Source of the DNA: Histomonas meleagridis 2922-C6/04-290x | Taxonomy: Eukaryota; Protista; Parabasalia | Length of the DNA: 64,000 nucleotides | Direction: 5' to 3' | Assembly (NCBI GenBank): GCA_020184695.1 | Contig: JAANOX010000218.1 | Coordinates: 1 to 64,000 of the forward strand | Shown: in pieces, positions 20,639-31,888 of the stretch | Layout: each line of letters opens with the position of its first letter | How positions within the stretch are numbered: the first letter of the stretch is position 1 | Position numbers and translations under genes: made by a program | Notes under the pieces: model-generated | Database searches by the model: none | Told to the model about the DNA's origin: nothing | The model's input: the letters and a program-made list of their open reading frames with translations, nothing else

Positions 20639-22384
20639 TCAGTGGTCCAAGTCTGCCAGTTTTGCCAGTATTTGCTCCTCGGACATTGTTGGTCCCTTTA
20701 TAATAATTTTTTGTATTTGCGATATTGGGTAAAAGTTGTAAAACTTGTTCTGGAATCTATAGAGCACCGCAATCTTGTCTGCGAACGGCTTCATCTTATC
20801 GATGTTCAGCAATCCATCGATGAACATTGACGAATCGTCTGTCTTGAACGAGAGCATTTCCGTCTGTATGTTCGGAATTGACGAGTCCCATTTGTCGAAT
20901 CGTGTCATTACTTGTTCGAAGTATTGCGCCGTATTATTAATGTGTACGCCGGCAGATGTATCAAGTTTTAAGATCAAATTCGCTATCTTTGGATCTGTCA
21001 TTAATGGTAATCGTGTGAAAACATCTCGTTCAAGTGCTTTGATAATCCATGACAATGCATCAAAGTTTCCGAGCTCTTCAAGCTTTTGTGCAATGTCTAA
21101 GATCTTGTTGATGGCTGCGATTTTGTCTTTAGCTAATGCAATGATCTCGAGAATTTGTCGTTCAAGTTTTCGGCCAATATCTTGGAACTCAGTAAGGGTT
21201 GGAGTTTGTGGTGAGATCGATTGGTTACTTAATGCGACAAAGAACTCATGTGAATGGACTGCTTTAAATGATGCATGAAATATTAATGTGATTTGTCGAG
21301 CAACCTCAGTGGAATTAGGCTCAATCAAGCTTAACGATGGCTTGAATAAGACTTGTGGGTTCTCAATGATTGGTTGATCTGTAGGTTTCATTAATGTACC
21401 AGTTCGTGTACCATATGTAAGTGTGGGCAATAAGTCAAGATTAGACTTCGCAAACTTTTGGAGATCTGGATAGTTAACTTGATCACTTAATATCTTCTGG
21501 AGAAAGTGCCCAATGGACTTGATGGTGCGCCGGCCGATAAACAAACCGTGGAGGTTAGTCCACTTTTTGAGAAGATTAATAACCGCTTTTTGATTGTTCT
21601 TTTCAATGGCTTTGATGCGCTGATAATCTTCATCCGACATGTCCGCTTGCGCTGCGTCGAAAATGGCGCACAAGTGCTGGAAGAAATGATGTGAGCTTGT
21701 GAAAGAATGAATGATTAAAAGGAATTTGGTTAAATCATCATCTGAAAGTTGATCTGATGGTGATAATGTAAGAAAAACTACAAAACGACGAAGTGAGGCC
21801 GCTTTCATCGTTTTAATACTTTGGACATTACCACTAAACTTGACATCAATGGTCGGATCGAGAATTTCTTTGTATATGGATGAATAATCTTCGGTATATG
21901 GCGTGGCAAAAAAGTCTTCTTCTAGTGATTCAAGCATGAAATGATGATGGGGTTCATCTGCTACTTGCCATGGATCTTCACGTGGAAGTACACCTGTAGA
22001 TACAAGAAGATGAAGATCTGTCCTATCCCATGGTTGAAGAATGTTTTGGAATTTATGGCCAGATTCTCTTTCAAGTATTTCAGCCGTTTGATGCATACCA
22101 ATTGCATTTAAATGTTGAAATATTAATTCGAGAGTTGTAAAACGATTAATATGGTTTGACGTTGTCATTGTATCTGAATGTATAACATTTGCAAAAGAAT
22201 ACCCACCAGTCCATGGCAAAACTCGTTCTCTGAGTGAAAGTAATTGTGGATTTTCTATTAATGTTTCTGTAAGCCAAACACCAAATTGTTCTGCTTGTTC
22301 TTCTGTCATATTATTGGTCCCATCTGAAAACGAAAATGTGAAAAATGGTGAGGATTGCGAGTTAGAATTGGTGTTTGATGCCAT
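20639..22384 (-). CDS. LisH + RasGEF_N + CDC25-type RasGEF
   Basis: LisH-like LIFQHLNAIGMHQTAEILERE; REM-like VINLLKKW; VARQITLI...LEELGNFDAL; first ATG at 22384 (ORF track starts at TTG 22405). Confidence 0.85.
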   Translation of the reverse strand: MASNTNSNSQSSPFFTFSFSDGTNNMTEEQAEQFGVWLTETLIENPQLLSLRERVLPWTGGYSFANVIHSDTMTTSNHINRFTTLELIFQHLNAIGMHQTAEILERESGHKFQNILQPWDRTDLHLLVSTGVLPREDPWQVADEPHHHFMLESLEEDFFATPYTEDYSSIYKEILDPTIDVKFSGNVQSIKTMKAASLRRFVVFLTLSPSDQLSDDDLTKFLLIIHSFTSSHHFFQHLCAIFDAAQADMSDEDYQRIKAIEKNNQKAVINLLKKWTNLHGLFIGRRTIKSIGHFLQKILSDQVNYPDLQKFAKSNLDLLPTLTYGTRTGTLMKPTDQPIIENPQVLFKPSLSLIEPNSTEVARQITLIFHASFKAVHSHEFFVALSNQSISPQTPTLTEFQDIGRKLERQILEIIALAKDKIAAINKILDIAQKLEELGNFDALSWIIKALERDVFTRLPLMTDPKIANLILKLDTSAGVHINNTAQYFEQVMTRFDKWDSSIPNIQTEMLSFKTDDSSMFIDGLLNIDKMKPFADKIAVLYRFQNKFYNFYPISQIQKIIIKGPTMSEEQILAKLADLDH

Positions 22385-22981
22385 CGCTGTGACACTTTTT
22401 GACAAGCTTTGTCAACGGTTTTTTAAAATCAGTAAACGACATGTTATGTGACATTTGGTTCAACAAAATTTCAATAATGAATAGCAGTTATATTCGTCCC
22501 CCCTATTATTGTTTTCAAAAAGTTAACAGTTTTTTCTCGGCCAATTATCAAGTCAAAAAATCTCTACGAACTCATGATTAAATTTAATTAAAATAAAAAA
22601 ATAATATCAGCATTACTAAGTAATTTATAAAACCTTGAAAATATTTCTAAGTAAAAATATTCATATTGAATGTTTGAATCAAATTTACAAAAATAGAAAT
22701 TTAAATTAAAGCAGACTTTTATGGCTTCAAAAACATATCTTTGTGTGAAATTTCAAAATAATTTCTATCGCAATGTTTTGATATAGGATATGCTACAAAG
22801 TAAATTACAGTTTTTTTGTAACAATTTTTCGGTTTGTTGCAACAATCCTTAGTCAAAAAGGATTCGTGAAAATAACTTTTTCATATAAAATTGAGAGCGC
22901 TCTCAAAATTGTATTGAATGAAGGAGAAATTGCTGTAACGATAGTCCGATACAAATTTCTGTTACACAAAAATTCTTCCAA

Positions 22982-24106
22982 ATGTTTCTTGGCTTCTTGC
23001 TGCTTTGCAGAGCTAAATGCGAAGAAAACCGTACCGATCCTCTTTTCGAGGATTTCGATATTGATGGTAAGACCTCGAAAGATTTTATATTTTATGGTGA
23101 TGATGATGGAAATTATTTCACATTTGGTGAAACTGATGATGACGGAAGTTCTGTCGTTAAAATGACATGGAATGGTAAAACAAAACTTCCTGATGGAGCG
23201 CTTTATGTTGAATCAAATGATCGATATTCATATGGACATCTTTCTTGTCGCATAAAAAATCCTGACTCAAATTCACAACCCAATGCAGGTATTGTTACAT
23301 CTCTTTTCATGGTTTTCAATTCAAAAGAATTTGTTGATATTGATGGTGATGGAATCAAAGATACAAATGAACTTGATATTGAATTTTTAGCCGCTGCACC
23401 AAACGAGGTTCACTTTACTGTTCATAATAATTACGATGATAATGGTGATGGTGAACGAATATCTCGTAATGTAAATATTGCAACAGGCGAATCTCTTTTC
23501 TTCCGCCACATCAAGACCAAAGATGGCGAAACAACGATCACGGATCTTGAAGCCGAACCTTTTCAAGCAATTCCAGATTATTCCAATACAAATTGGAATG
23601 TATATGGAATTGATTATTTCAAGAAGAAGATTGTCATGTGGCTTGAACATGATGGCAAAAAAGTTACTCTTTTTGAGATAACGAGCGGAATTCCACAAGC
23701 ACCCATGTACATTCTTGGAAACATCTGGTGGACTGATTCTTGGTATCCTGGTGATCAAAAAGAGGCCGTGGAAAGGCCAACTTTCAGTCCCACTCTTGAG
23801 TTTGATTGGATCAAATGGGAACCATGCACACCAGAAGAAGACGAACTTTATAATAAAGACACCACACCAACTCATGTGGTCACAGAGACAGCTGCTGCTC
23901 CAACTTCTGGGCAAAAAACTCAAAGTTCTCAATCTGATACAAATCCCGAAACTATCGATCAACAATCGCCAGATGAGCCTTCAAACTGGTCACCTGGTAC
24001 TACAGCTGCTATTGTAGTTGTTATAGTTGTAGTAATTGTTGTTGCAGTTGCAATTGCGATCGTAATCACAAGAAGGAAAGCAACGAAAAGCAGTGATGGT
24101 GCTTAA
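22982..24106 (+). CDS. Type I membrane glycoside hydrolase family 16 protein
   Basis: Signal peptide, GIVTSLF, catalytic E-x-D-x-E (NELDIEF), T/S/P/Q-rich stalk, C-terminal TM helix and short basic tail. Confidence 0.8.
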   Translation: MFLGFLLLCRAKCEENRTDPLFEDFDIDGKTSKDFIFYGDDDGNYFTFGETDDDGSSVVKMTWNGKTKLPDGALYVESNDRYSYGHLSCRIKNPDSNSQPNAGIVTSLFMVFNSKEFVDIDGDGIKDTNELDIEFLAAAPNEVHFTVHNNYDDNGDGERISRNVNIATGESLFFRHIKTKDGETTITDLEAEPFQAIPDYSNTNWNVYGIDYFKKKIVMWLEHDGKKVTLFEITSGIPQAPMYILGNIWWTDSWYPGDQKEAVERPTFSPTLEFDWIKWEPCTPEEDELYNKDTTPTHVVTETAAAPTSGQKTQSSQSDTNPETIDQQSPDEPSNWSPGTTAAIVVVIVVVIVVAVAIAIVITRRKATKSSDGA

Positions 24107-24298
24107 GTATTAATAGTGTTGTTTGCGTTAAATTATGAGATATTTTTGAAATAATTTTATTGACTTTGTTTTGAGATCGAAAATAGTAAACGTGCATTAA
24201 GCGAACTCAAAAAGTTATTTCGTTAACTCGTTCAATTTTGTATGAAACCTCCGATGGTGATTCAAATAAAATGAAGTGATGAGAAATCACTATTTTTT

Positions 24299-26007
24299 AT
24301 GGAAGAGTCACAAAACGAACCATTACTTCCTTCTAAAGAAATAGAAGAACATAAAGAAAGAAATCCAATCCTTAGGTAAGCTATTCTAGGAATTTGTCAT
24401 GCAATTGGTATTGTATACGGTGTTTTAATATATTATTTATCATTCGTAAATACACCGAGTGAAACAACAACTGTATATCAAATTACAACATCTAATATTG
24501 GAAGTTATAAATTAAATGCATCAAATAGTGATTGTTCAACATTAGAAGATCCTTCATTCAGAAGCAGCTCTGGTGAAATGGATAGCAAATGGGCTACACA
24601 CCTTTGGAACACACCAAAACGTGGAACAGAAGGTTGGAAGAAAGGTTATCAAGATATGAGCACACTTGTTGGTTATGCACAACTTCAATATAATGCTGAT
24701 CGTACTCTTTGCACAGTAACAATTTACACAAAAACACATCATGATCACTCTCACAATAATATTATTTCGATGACGTTTCCCAATCTGATCCTTCTAAGAC
24801 ATAAGATTCTTCATATACAGGACTTCTCCATGTTAAATTTGTCGCTGCAACAGGTGAAACAGTTGAACTTGATGAAATTGATTTCATTTGGAATGTTAAA
24901 CCGCTTAAAGAAAGAACTGGTGATTATCGTAATGGACAAAAAGGTGCAATTGTAGAAATGTTTGGTTGGCCAGATGATGATATTGCTGAAGAATGTAAAG
25001 TTATTGCTGAAGCAAGTTATCTTGGTGTAAAACTTTTCCCACATCAAGAACAAGTAATGTATACACAACCGATGGAAAATGAACTTAACGCTTGGTATTT
25101 CATGTATCAACCTGTATCATATCGTTTACAAGGCGGTATGGGTACACGTACACAACTTCGTAATATGATTAAGAAATTTCGTTCATATGGATTATGTGTT
25201 TATGCAGATGCAGTTGTTAATCATATGTCAGGATCAGGTAATGATGCACAAGATCATCGTAATCCAAGTGCTGGTTGCACATATTAACCAGAAAAACAAT
25301 CATCTGATGAAGAAAATCAATCTCCATATTATACACCTGGTTATAATTATACATATAATTCATGGGGTGAATTATCTAATGTACTTGAATATTCAGCAGT
25401 ACCATATGGACCAATGGACTTCCATTGTGAGAAATCACTTAATTCATGGACTGATGGAAATATCTTAAATACAGGTTGGCTTACAGGTTTAACTGATCTT
25501 GATACAAGCAAAGAATTTGTACGTACAAGAATTGCTGATTACTTAAAAGATCTTTTATCAATTGGATTCTCTGGATTTAGAGTTGATGCAATATTATCAA
25601 GAATTAGAAAAGTTATTCAAAACGATGATCATGATCAACAAAATGATGGATCATCATTACGTGATATGCATGATAATGGCTGTGTTCTTGTTAAAGGTTG
25701 TGATGCTAATACACATTGGAACTTTGAAATTAGATTATTTACTGATCCTTATGGTGGCGCTGATAATGATAATGATTATCCAATTAGAATGTTATTATCA
25801 TCATTTTATTTCCAAGATGGTGTTCAAGTTATTCCTGATGGTAAATCTGATTGAAGCAAATGTGTAACTACATGTGACTCATGTAGATCTAGATCTTATG
25901 CAAAGGCTTATGTTGAAGACGCTCAGGCTTATGCTGGAAGTGATTACACAAGAGTTCATAGAGATGCACAAATCATTGCAGCAATGAGAAGCTGGATGCA
26001 TAACTAA
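24299..26007 (+). pseudogene. Alpha-amylase (GH13) pseudogene, originally type II membrane-anchored
   Basis: GAIVEMFGW, YQPVSYRL..RMGT, DAVVNHM, GFSGFRVDA; in-frame TAA at 24377, further stops, frameshifts and an internal deletion after RVDA. Confidence 0.9.
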
Positions 26008-26719
26008 AAAATAAAAACTCATTTTCTTTAATCATTGAATTAACTTAGAAGCTTTTAGTTTATCTAAAAAATAATGTAGCCAAAGTAATAATTTAATCTT
26101 TAATTTTTAAATTTTAACATTTATGATGTCACAAAACACACTGTGTTGCTTGGTAGTGTTATTTAAGGAACGAAATAACACAAAATAATATTCACAGAGC
26201 ATAGGTGGTTGGGGTGCCCTATAATGGCGAAGTTTCTAACGTTAGAAATGTGTCAAAAATCAGATCACCTCACAAACCTCTATTTTTTTGCCCTTTTTTA
26301 CTCAAACTGTACAAACGGCATTTTTTGCGAGAAGAAAAAACAGGTCTTGTCGAATCACTGTTTGAAATATTTGTATGATTTCATGGTAATAATGGATGCG
26401 TATTTTAAGGTGAGAATATCTTTCATTTTTCCTTTGGAAATTAAATAGCAATCTCTAGAAATATGCAATTTTGGCCCTTATTTATCATGAAAAATACTGA
26501 TTCATAATTGTATATTTCGCATTATATTTTTATTTGCTATATATATAATTGTTTTGAAGAAAGAAATAAACGAATTTGCATTCAAATTTTTTTTTTTTAT
26601 CAATAAAATTTTTTTATGGTCAATAAAAAAATTGATCACAATATGTTTCAATATCTGAAATGCTTATTTTATTTTTTGAAAATGATGAATACAGATGAGG
26701 AAAAATCGAAAAATAATTT

Positions 26720-27092
26720 AAGGGTGGACGTTTAGTTCTGAGTTTGAAAAGTATTCAATGGAATACAAAAAAACAAATCACATAAATGCGATCAAAGGAG
26801 AGAGGAATCAAAACAGGGCGACCAAGGTTTCATATTAATGCTGATTTTATCGTGTACGAAGGGCCAGTATGGATGGAATGGTATAAGCTAGATTCAGTTG
26901 GAAACTCCTTAAACTAGATCATCAGACGAAATATATGAACTTCCGGAGGTGGAATATCAAGAACCTCAACCAGAAAATAAACCAGATGAATCACCAAAAA
27001 CAAATCGCAAGCCAAAAACAGAAGGAGAATCAAATCCGCTAGGTACAGAACAATTTTTCGCCATTGAATTCAAGACTCCAAGGCGGGTCTAA
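26720..27092 (+). pseudogene. Unidentified coding-like remnant
   Basis: Higher-GC stretch with joinable frames GRPRFHINADFIVYEGPVWMEWYKLD...SSDEIYELPEVEYQEP...FKTPRRV*, broken by a stop and a frameshift. Confidence 0.3.
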
Positions 27093-27561
27093 TAATATGT
27101 GTATATTGTTGCAATTTTAAGTAAAATTTGATGATATCTTCACTTTGTTTCTGTATGATTTCACAATTTATCTATCGTCCAATTCAATGCACTTTGTAGT
27201 GAAAATTTCAAATAACGTGTTTTTAACGTACAACATTTTTAGCTTTACTATTTATCTATCAAAATACACAACAACAATATTTAGGAAATGTATTTTATAT
27301 AAATTAAACAAGTCGAAAACAAAATTTCATGAAAAATTAAAATTATCATAATTATTCAAAATTTTAGATCTCAAGAATCAATAATTATTCAATATGTTAT
27401 ATAAAAATATTATAATTATATAATTATTTAAATTTATTAAAAAAAAAAATAACTTTCATATAAAATTTCATGAAAAAATTATCATTATCTTCATTTTGCT
27501 TCATCTTTAAATCCTTAAAAACAACTTTAGGTATATTTTTATAAATTAAATTTTATTTATT

Positions 27562-27830
27562 CTAGAACTTAATAACGCCTGACTTATCGCCAAACACGAG
27601 CAGCCATGTCTGCGGATTAATCGCTATGCAAAACGCTGGTGCCGTATGACCCTTCATTGAACTTTTCAACGAGAAATCCTCCAAATCAGAATCATATGTT
27701 TTACCGTATGTGCTTCCGCATATAGCCGAGTTCTCGTACAAGCACATTTGCATCTTCTCGGACAGCAACCATGACTTTTCGATGCTCACTCTTCCCACCA
27801 CTGCCCAATGACACCAACTTCATCGAGCCT
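27562..27830 (-). pseudogene. Isolated WD40 gene fragment
   Basis: MKGHTAPAFCIAINPQTWLLVFGDKSGVIKF*, with TAG where the WD Trp is expected; GC-rich island with abrupt AT-rich flanks. Confidence 0.55.
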
Positions 27831-29566
27831 CTTGTTATTTACAGTAAAATTATCAATTTGATTTTCGTTTTCTATAAATGAAAGAATATCATAATTTTCA
27901 CATTTAACACAAATATCAATTAGTTTATTATAATTTTTTTTTTGCCCAAATTCATTTGAAAAATGCTAAATTCATTAACTGTGATTGATGTTCATTATGA
28001 GAATTTTCATCATATATATATTTAAAAAATATCATTTCGATGAAATTTAATTGTGATTTCAAATAAATTGTAAAATGATGCATGATTTTGTACACTTAAA
28101 TTAATATTCTTTATACATATATCCAAATTAAATTTTTCATTTAATTCGAATATTTCATAAAGCTTTTCCCATTCAAATAAAATCATTCGAACTTAAAAAT
28201 ATTCTCTAAGTTTCCACCTGCATATTTTCCGATATCATGTTCATTAGCACCATTAATAAGTAAATAACAATTATTTATATTTAACAACTATGCATCAAAA
28301 AATACCGCAATACCAATATATGAAACATTTTCTTGATTAATATAAACAAATGAAAATTAACATATTTTTTATGAAGTTGGAAATTATTTTTCGAAAGTTG
28401 AGAACCATGGTTGTACCCATATTCTTTCATTGGATAAGAAAATACTGCATGTGATAATAAACAAATAACAATATTAAATGAAAATGCAAAATTAGAATCA
28501 AATGAATTCATCGCTTAAAATATTAAAATTTTTCATTTAAGATAAAAATTATTTGTTCAAGTTCAATTAAAAATTGCATAAAAATGTATTCGCCTTTAGG
28601 GCTCTCTGCTTTACTTTCTAAAAAATTTTCTTTCTGTGATTTACCAAATTTTGTTTCCACAGAACTTGTGACACGTGTCACTTTTTCATTGGAAAGTGAC
28701 AAATACGTTTTTTACACTTTTTGTAAGCTATACAAATCGATCTGACAACTGTTTGCTGGTTTTAAAAAAAGCATCAAATGAAATCAAAAACAATAGATAT
28801 TTATTTTGATTAACTTTCTGATATATCACATGCAATATTAGTCCATTGTGAAAGAGCTATATTTTCATATGTTGGTCAAAAATATAAAAATTCAACTATT
28901 GCATTTGTTCAATCTTTACAGGAAATTCGAGTTATTATGTCTCGTTTTTAATAACAATACGAAGCTCACCTCAACCAGTTTTGTTCGATAATGCGTAAGT
29001 GAAAGCTCAAAGATAATTTAACATAAAAATGTTCAATGACGATTAAATTTCAGTGAATACCAAATTTATTCAACGGTTATTGAATTTTGTTTTTCAATCA
29101 AAGTTTGTTTGATGGAAGTTCCATACGCCGATTATAAAAAAACTTAATAATAAAATCAAACAAAGGTTATCTCACAATAATCATTTTGTAAGTTCATGAT
29201 GTATCTTTAATTTTAATGGTTGAATTTCAAATTTGTTTAAAGTCTATATTTCATAATGTTTACATTCATTATATAAAATGTGAAAATTTATGGGTAAAAA
29301 AATATTCTGATTAAAACTAAGATTAAGTTCGTTACTCTGAACTTTAGATAAATAAAAATTATCGAAATAAAAACTTGACGGAACACAGGAGGTTATGAAC
29401 TGAAATCGGAATTGAATTAATTGCAATTTTGAAAGTTTTTTACACAACTTTTTGTGTTATGAATTTACTTTTTGGAAAGTTGTTTTTGGATGCGCCAGAG
29501 AAACAAAAAAAAATTAAAAACATATATAGTGTTTACTAAAAAATAAATGAATAATTCATTAACAAA

Positions 29567-30328
29567 TCAATAGTAAAAGTCAGTGTCCTCATCACTATTA
29601 TCCGTTTCAAAATTATTTGTATCAATTTCCAAAATCAATGAATTATTTATTTTTTTAATCTGTTCATCTTCTTCTGTTTTAGCTTTATTTGATTGTTCAG
29701 CAATAATAATTTTTTTAAAAGGTGTTGTTTGTTTCTTTGGTTCATTCATTTGAGGGATTGGTAAAGGAGTACCTTTAGGTTTAACAATATTTCTTTTTTC
29801 TCCATGCTGAGGAAATTGTCTGTTTTCTCGTTTTTTCGGGGATTGTTGCATAATTTGATTAATTGGAACTTCGAAATATGGGGTATTCTGTTGAGCATAA
29901 TTGAAGTTTTGATAATTTACAATATTTGGTTGATATGGTTGTTGTTGTCCGTATTGAGGACTATTAAAATTTGGATTAATTTGATTGTATGGAAATGGAG
30001 ATAAATTGTAATTTTGTTGGTATTGATTAGATGCTTGAATCAGATCGTTACTTTGAACATATAATTGTGGATTTGGTACAAAATTGGAATTGAGTATGAG
30101 GTATTGAGGATTCATTTGAAAATAGTTGTTTTGCATATTTGGGGTGTTCATTTGCTGCCATTGTTGTAATGGTTCCATAGGAATTTTATTGTAAAAGATG
30201 TTTTGATCTGAATTTATTAATTGCAAATTGGGTTGGTTTGGATAAATATTGTTTGCTTGAACAAAGGAACTTGGACTTGTTTGATTCATTGTCCTAGTTA
30301 CACGTTGGTACCAAGGCTGTTGATTCAT
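29567..30328 (-). CDS. Q/N/P-rich low-complexity protein
   Basis: 253-aa open frame, AAAATG start, compositionally biased. Confidence 0.6.
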   Translation of the reverse strand: MNQQPWYQRVTRTMNQTSPSSFVQANNIYPNQPNLQLINSDQNIFYNKIPMEPLQQWQQMNTPNMQNNYFQMNPQYLILNSNFVPNPQLYVQSNDLIQASNQYQQNYNLSPFPYNQINPNFNSPQYGQQQPYQPNIVNYQNFNYAQQNTPYFEVPINQIMQQSPKKRENRQFPQHGEKRNIVKPKGTPLPIPQMNEPKKQTTPFKKIIIAEQSNKAKTEEDEQIKKINNSLILEIDTNNFETDNSDEDTDFYY

Positions 30329-31312
30329 TTTGTTCCTTGAATTTAATATTTCAATTCAATGTTTTTAAAAAACCTGATTTTTTTCTTGATTTTCTAATGA
30401 ACCAAAAGCAGAAATAAAAAATGAATAATTCCATAATAAAATAAATCAGGAGTACACAATAAATATCCCGAAGAAATTAAAAAAAAATTTAATATGTTAA
30501 AAATTAATTGATTAATCTGAAAAAATGTTTTATTAGTTTTATACCATCAAAATTATAAAAGAATTTTATGTAGGTAAAATATGTTTTTTAAGTGAAAAAA
30601 ATTAATATTCGTTTCTTATTGCAATTTCGTTTTTGCCCAAGTGTTAAACATCCACTGTTTTAAATTTTACATTCTCTCAATTTTTGAATTAAACTTTTGT
30701 TCCTATTGAAATTTTCTTCACAATTTCGGCAAAACCACAGTGAAGATCTTCACTTTTTCTTTGAAATTGTTTAAAATTAAATGCAAGTGCATAAGCTTAT
30801 GCATTGAAAAAGTATGGGAAATTTGTTTGGCCATAATGGTTCTATTTCATCAATATTTTTAAATAAAACAAATACAACAAAGTCATTGTAGTACCAAAAA
30901 TGTAGTTTTGAAACTACACTAGATTTTAATATCTAAAATTTTCGAGTGAATCAATTCCAATTTATTTGTCTATTAAAAATTCAAATTCTCCATTTAATAT
31001 GTTTATTTCAAAGAGTGAAATATCTTTGTTACAGCTTACATAAGCTAACTTATAAGATCCATGAAAAATTTCTTCTAATGCAATTTACCAAAAAATATGA
31101 GTTTTCAATAAAATTCAATTGGATTTACATCTTTTGCATGTTTAAATTAGTCGAATCAGTTATAAAGAAAACAAAATCTATCATGAGGAATGTAAAGTTT
31201 AAAATAATTTTTTTTATATCATAAATATTTTGGTTAATCATTATGAAAATTTAAAAAAAAAAAGAAATTCAACTAAAATTTATTATTTACTCCCTTTATT
31301 TACTACTAACCA

Positions 31313-31888
31313 TTAAAAGGAATCAACAATTTTGAATAATTCATCATCTATTGATTGATCATTTCTTTCAGCATTTCTATTCCTTTGTGCTGAACCGAAT
31401 AAATCATCAAAATGATATTCTATATTATTATTATTACCATTATTAAAATTTTGATTGTTTTCTGTAATCTGTTGTTGATTTCCTGTACAAACATTTGTTT
31501 GAACTGGTTGTAACATACTATTTACACTCATATGATTTCTTCCATTAAAATTTTTGAGATAAAAAAATTTTTTTTGCCATCGAGACTTTATCTGTATGTC
31601 TGATCTTTCATTAAAGAACCGCGAAATTTTTGTCCATTTCGGACCAAATTCACAATATTTCTCAAACAATAAACGATCTTCTTCTTCTGTCCAAGGTGAT
31701 TTTGCTCTGTTACAAGAAAGATAATGTTTCCATCTTTCTCTGCACTGTCTAATGTTCCGCCCTGGCATATTGCTTGCAATCTGTACCCATGAAGTATCAC
31801 CATATAATGCTACAAGTCGTTTTAAATTCGCATCTTCTTCAGGAAGAAATTTCATTCGTCTTCGTTGCTTTTTTTCCCCTTCTTGCAT
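31313..31888 (-). CDS. R2R3-Myb transcription factor
   Basis: KFLPEEDANL...W..IA..MPGRNIRQCRERWKHYL; PWTEEED...FGPKWTKIS...RSDIQIKSRW. Confidence 0.95.
   Translation of the reverse strand: MQEGEKKQRRRMKFLPEEDANLKRLVALYGDTSWVQIASNMPGRNIRQCRERWKHYLSCNRAKSPWTEEEDRLLFEKYCEFGPKWTKISRFFNERSDIQIKSRWQKKFFYLKNFNGRNHMSVNSMLQPVQTNVCTGNQQQITENNQNFNNGNNNNIEYHFDDLFGSAQRNRNAERNDQSIDDELFKIVDSF

Noticed and set aside
24375-24390. GTAAG...CTAG as an intron removing the first amylase stop
   Set aside because: Only 14 nt, no branch motif, and it would break a frame that is already continuous
24299-27600. Stop-codon reassignment (in-frame TAA/TGA/TAG in amylase, mariner, WD40 and BspA pieces)
   Set aside because: Intact conserved genes end with TAA, TAG and TGA, and the interrupted genes also carry frameshifts or deletions, so these are pseudogenes
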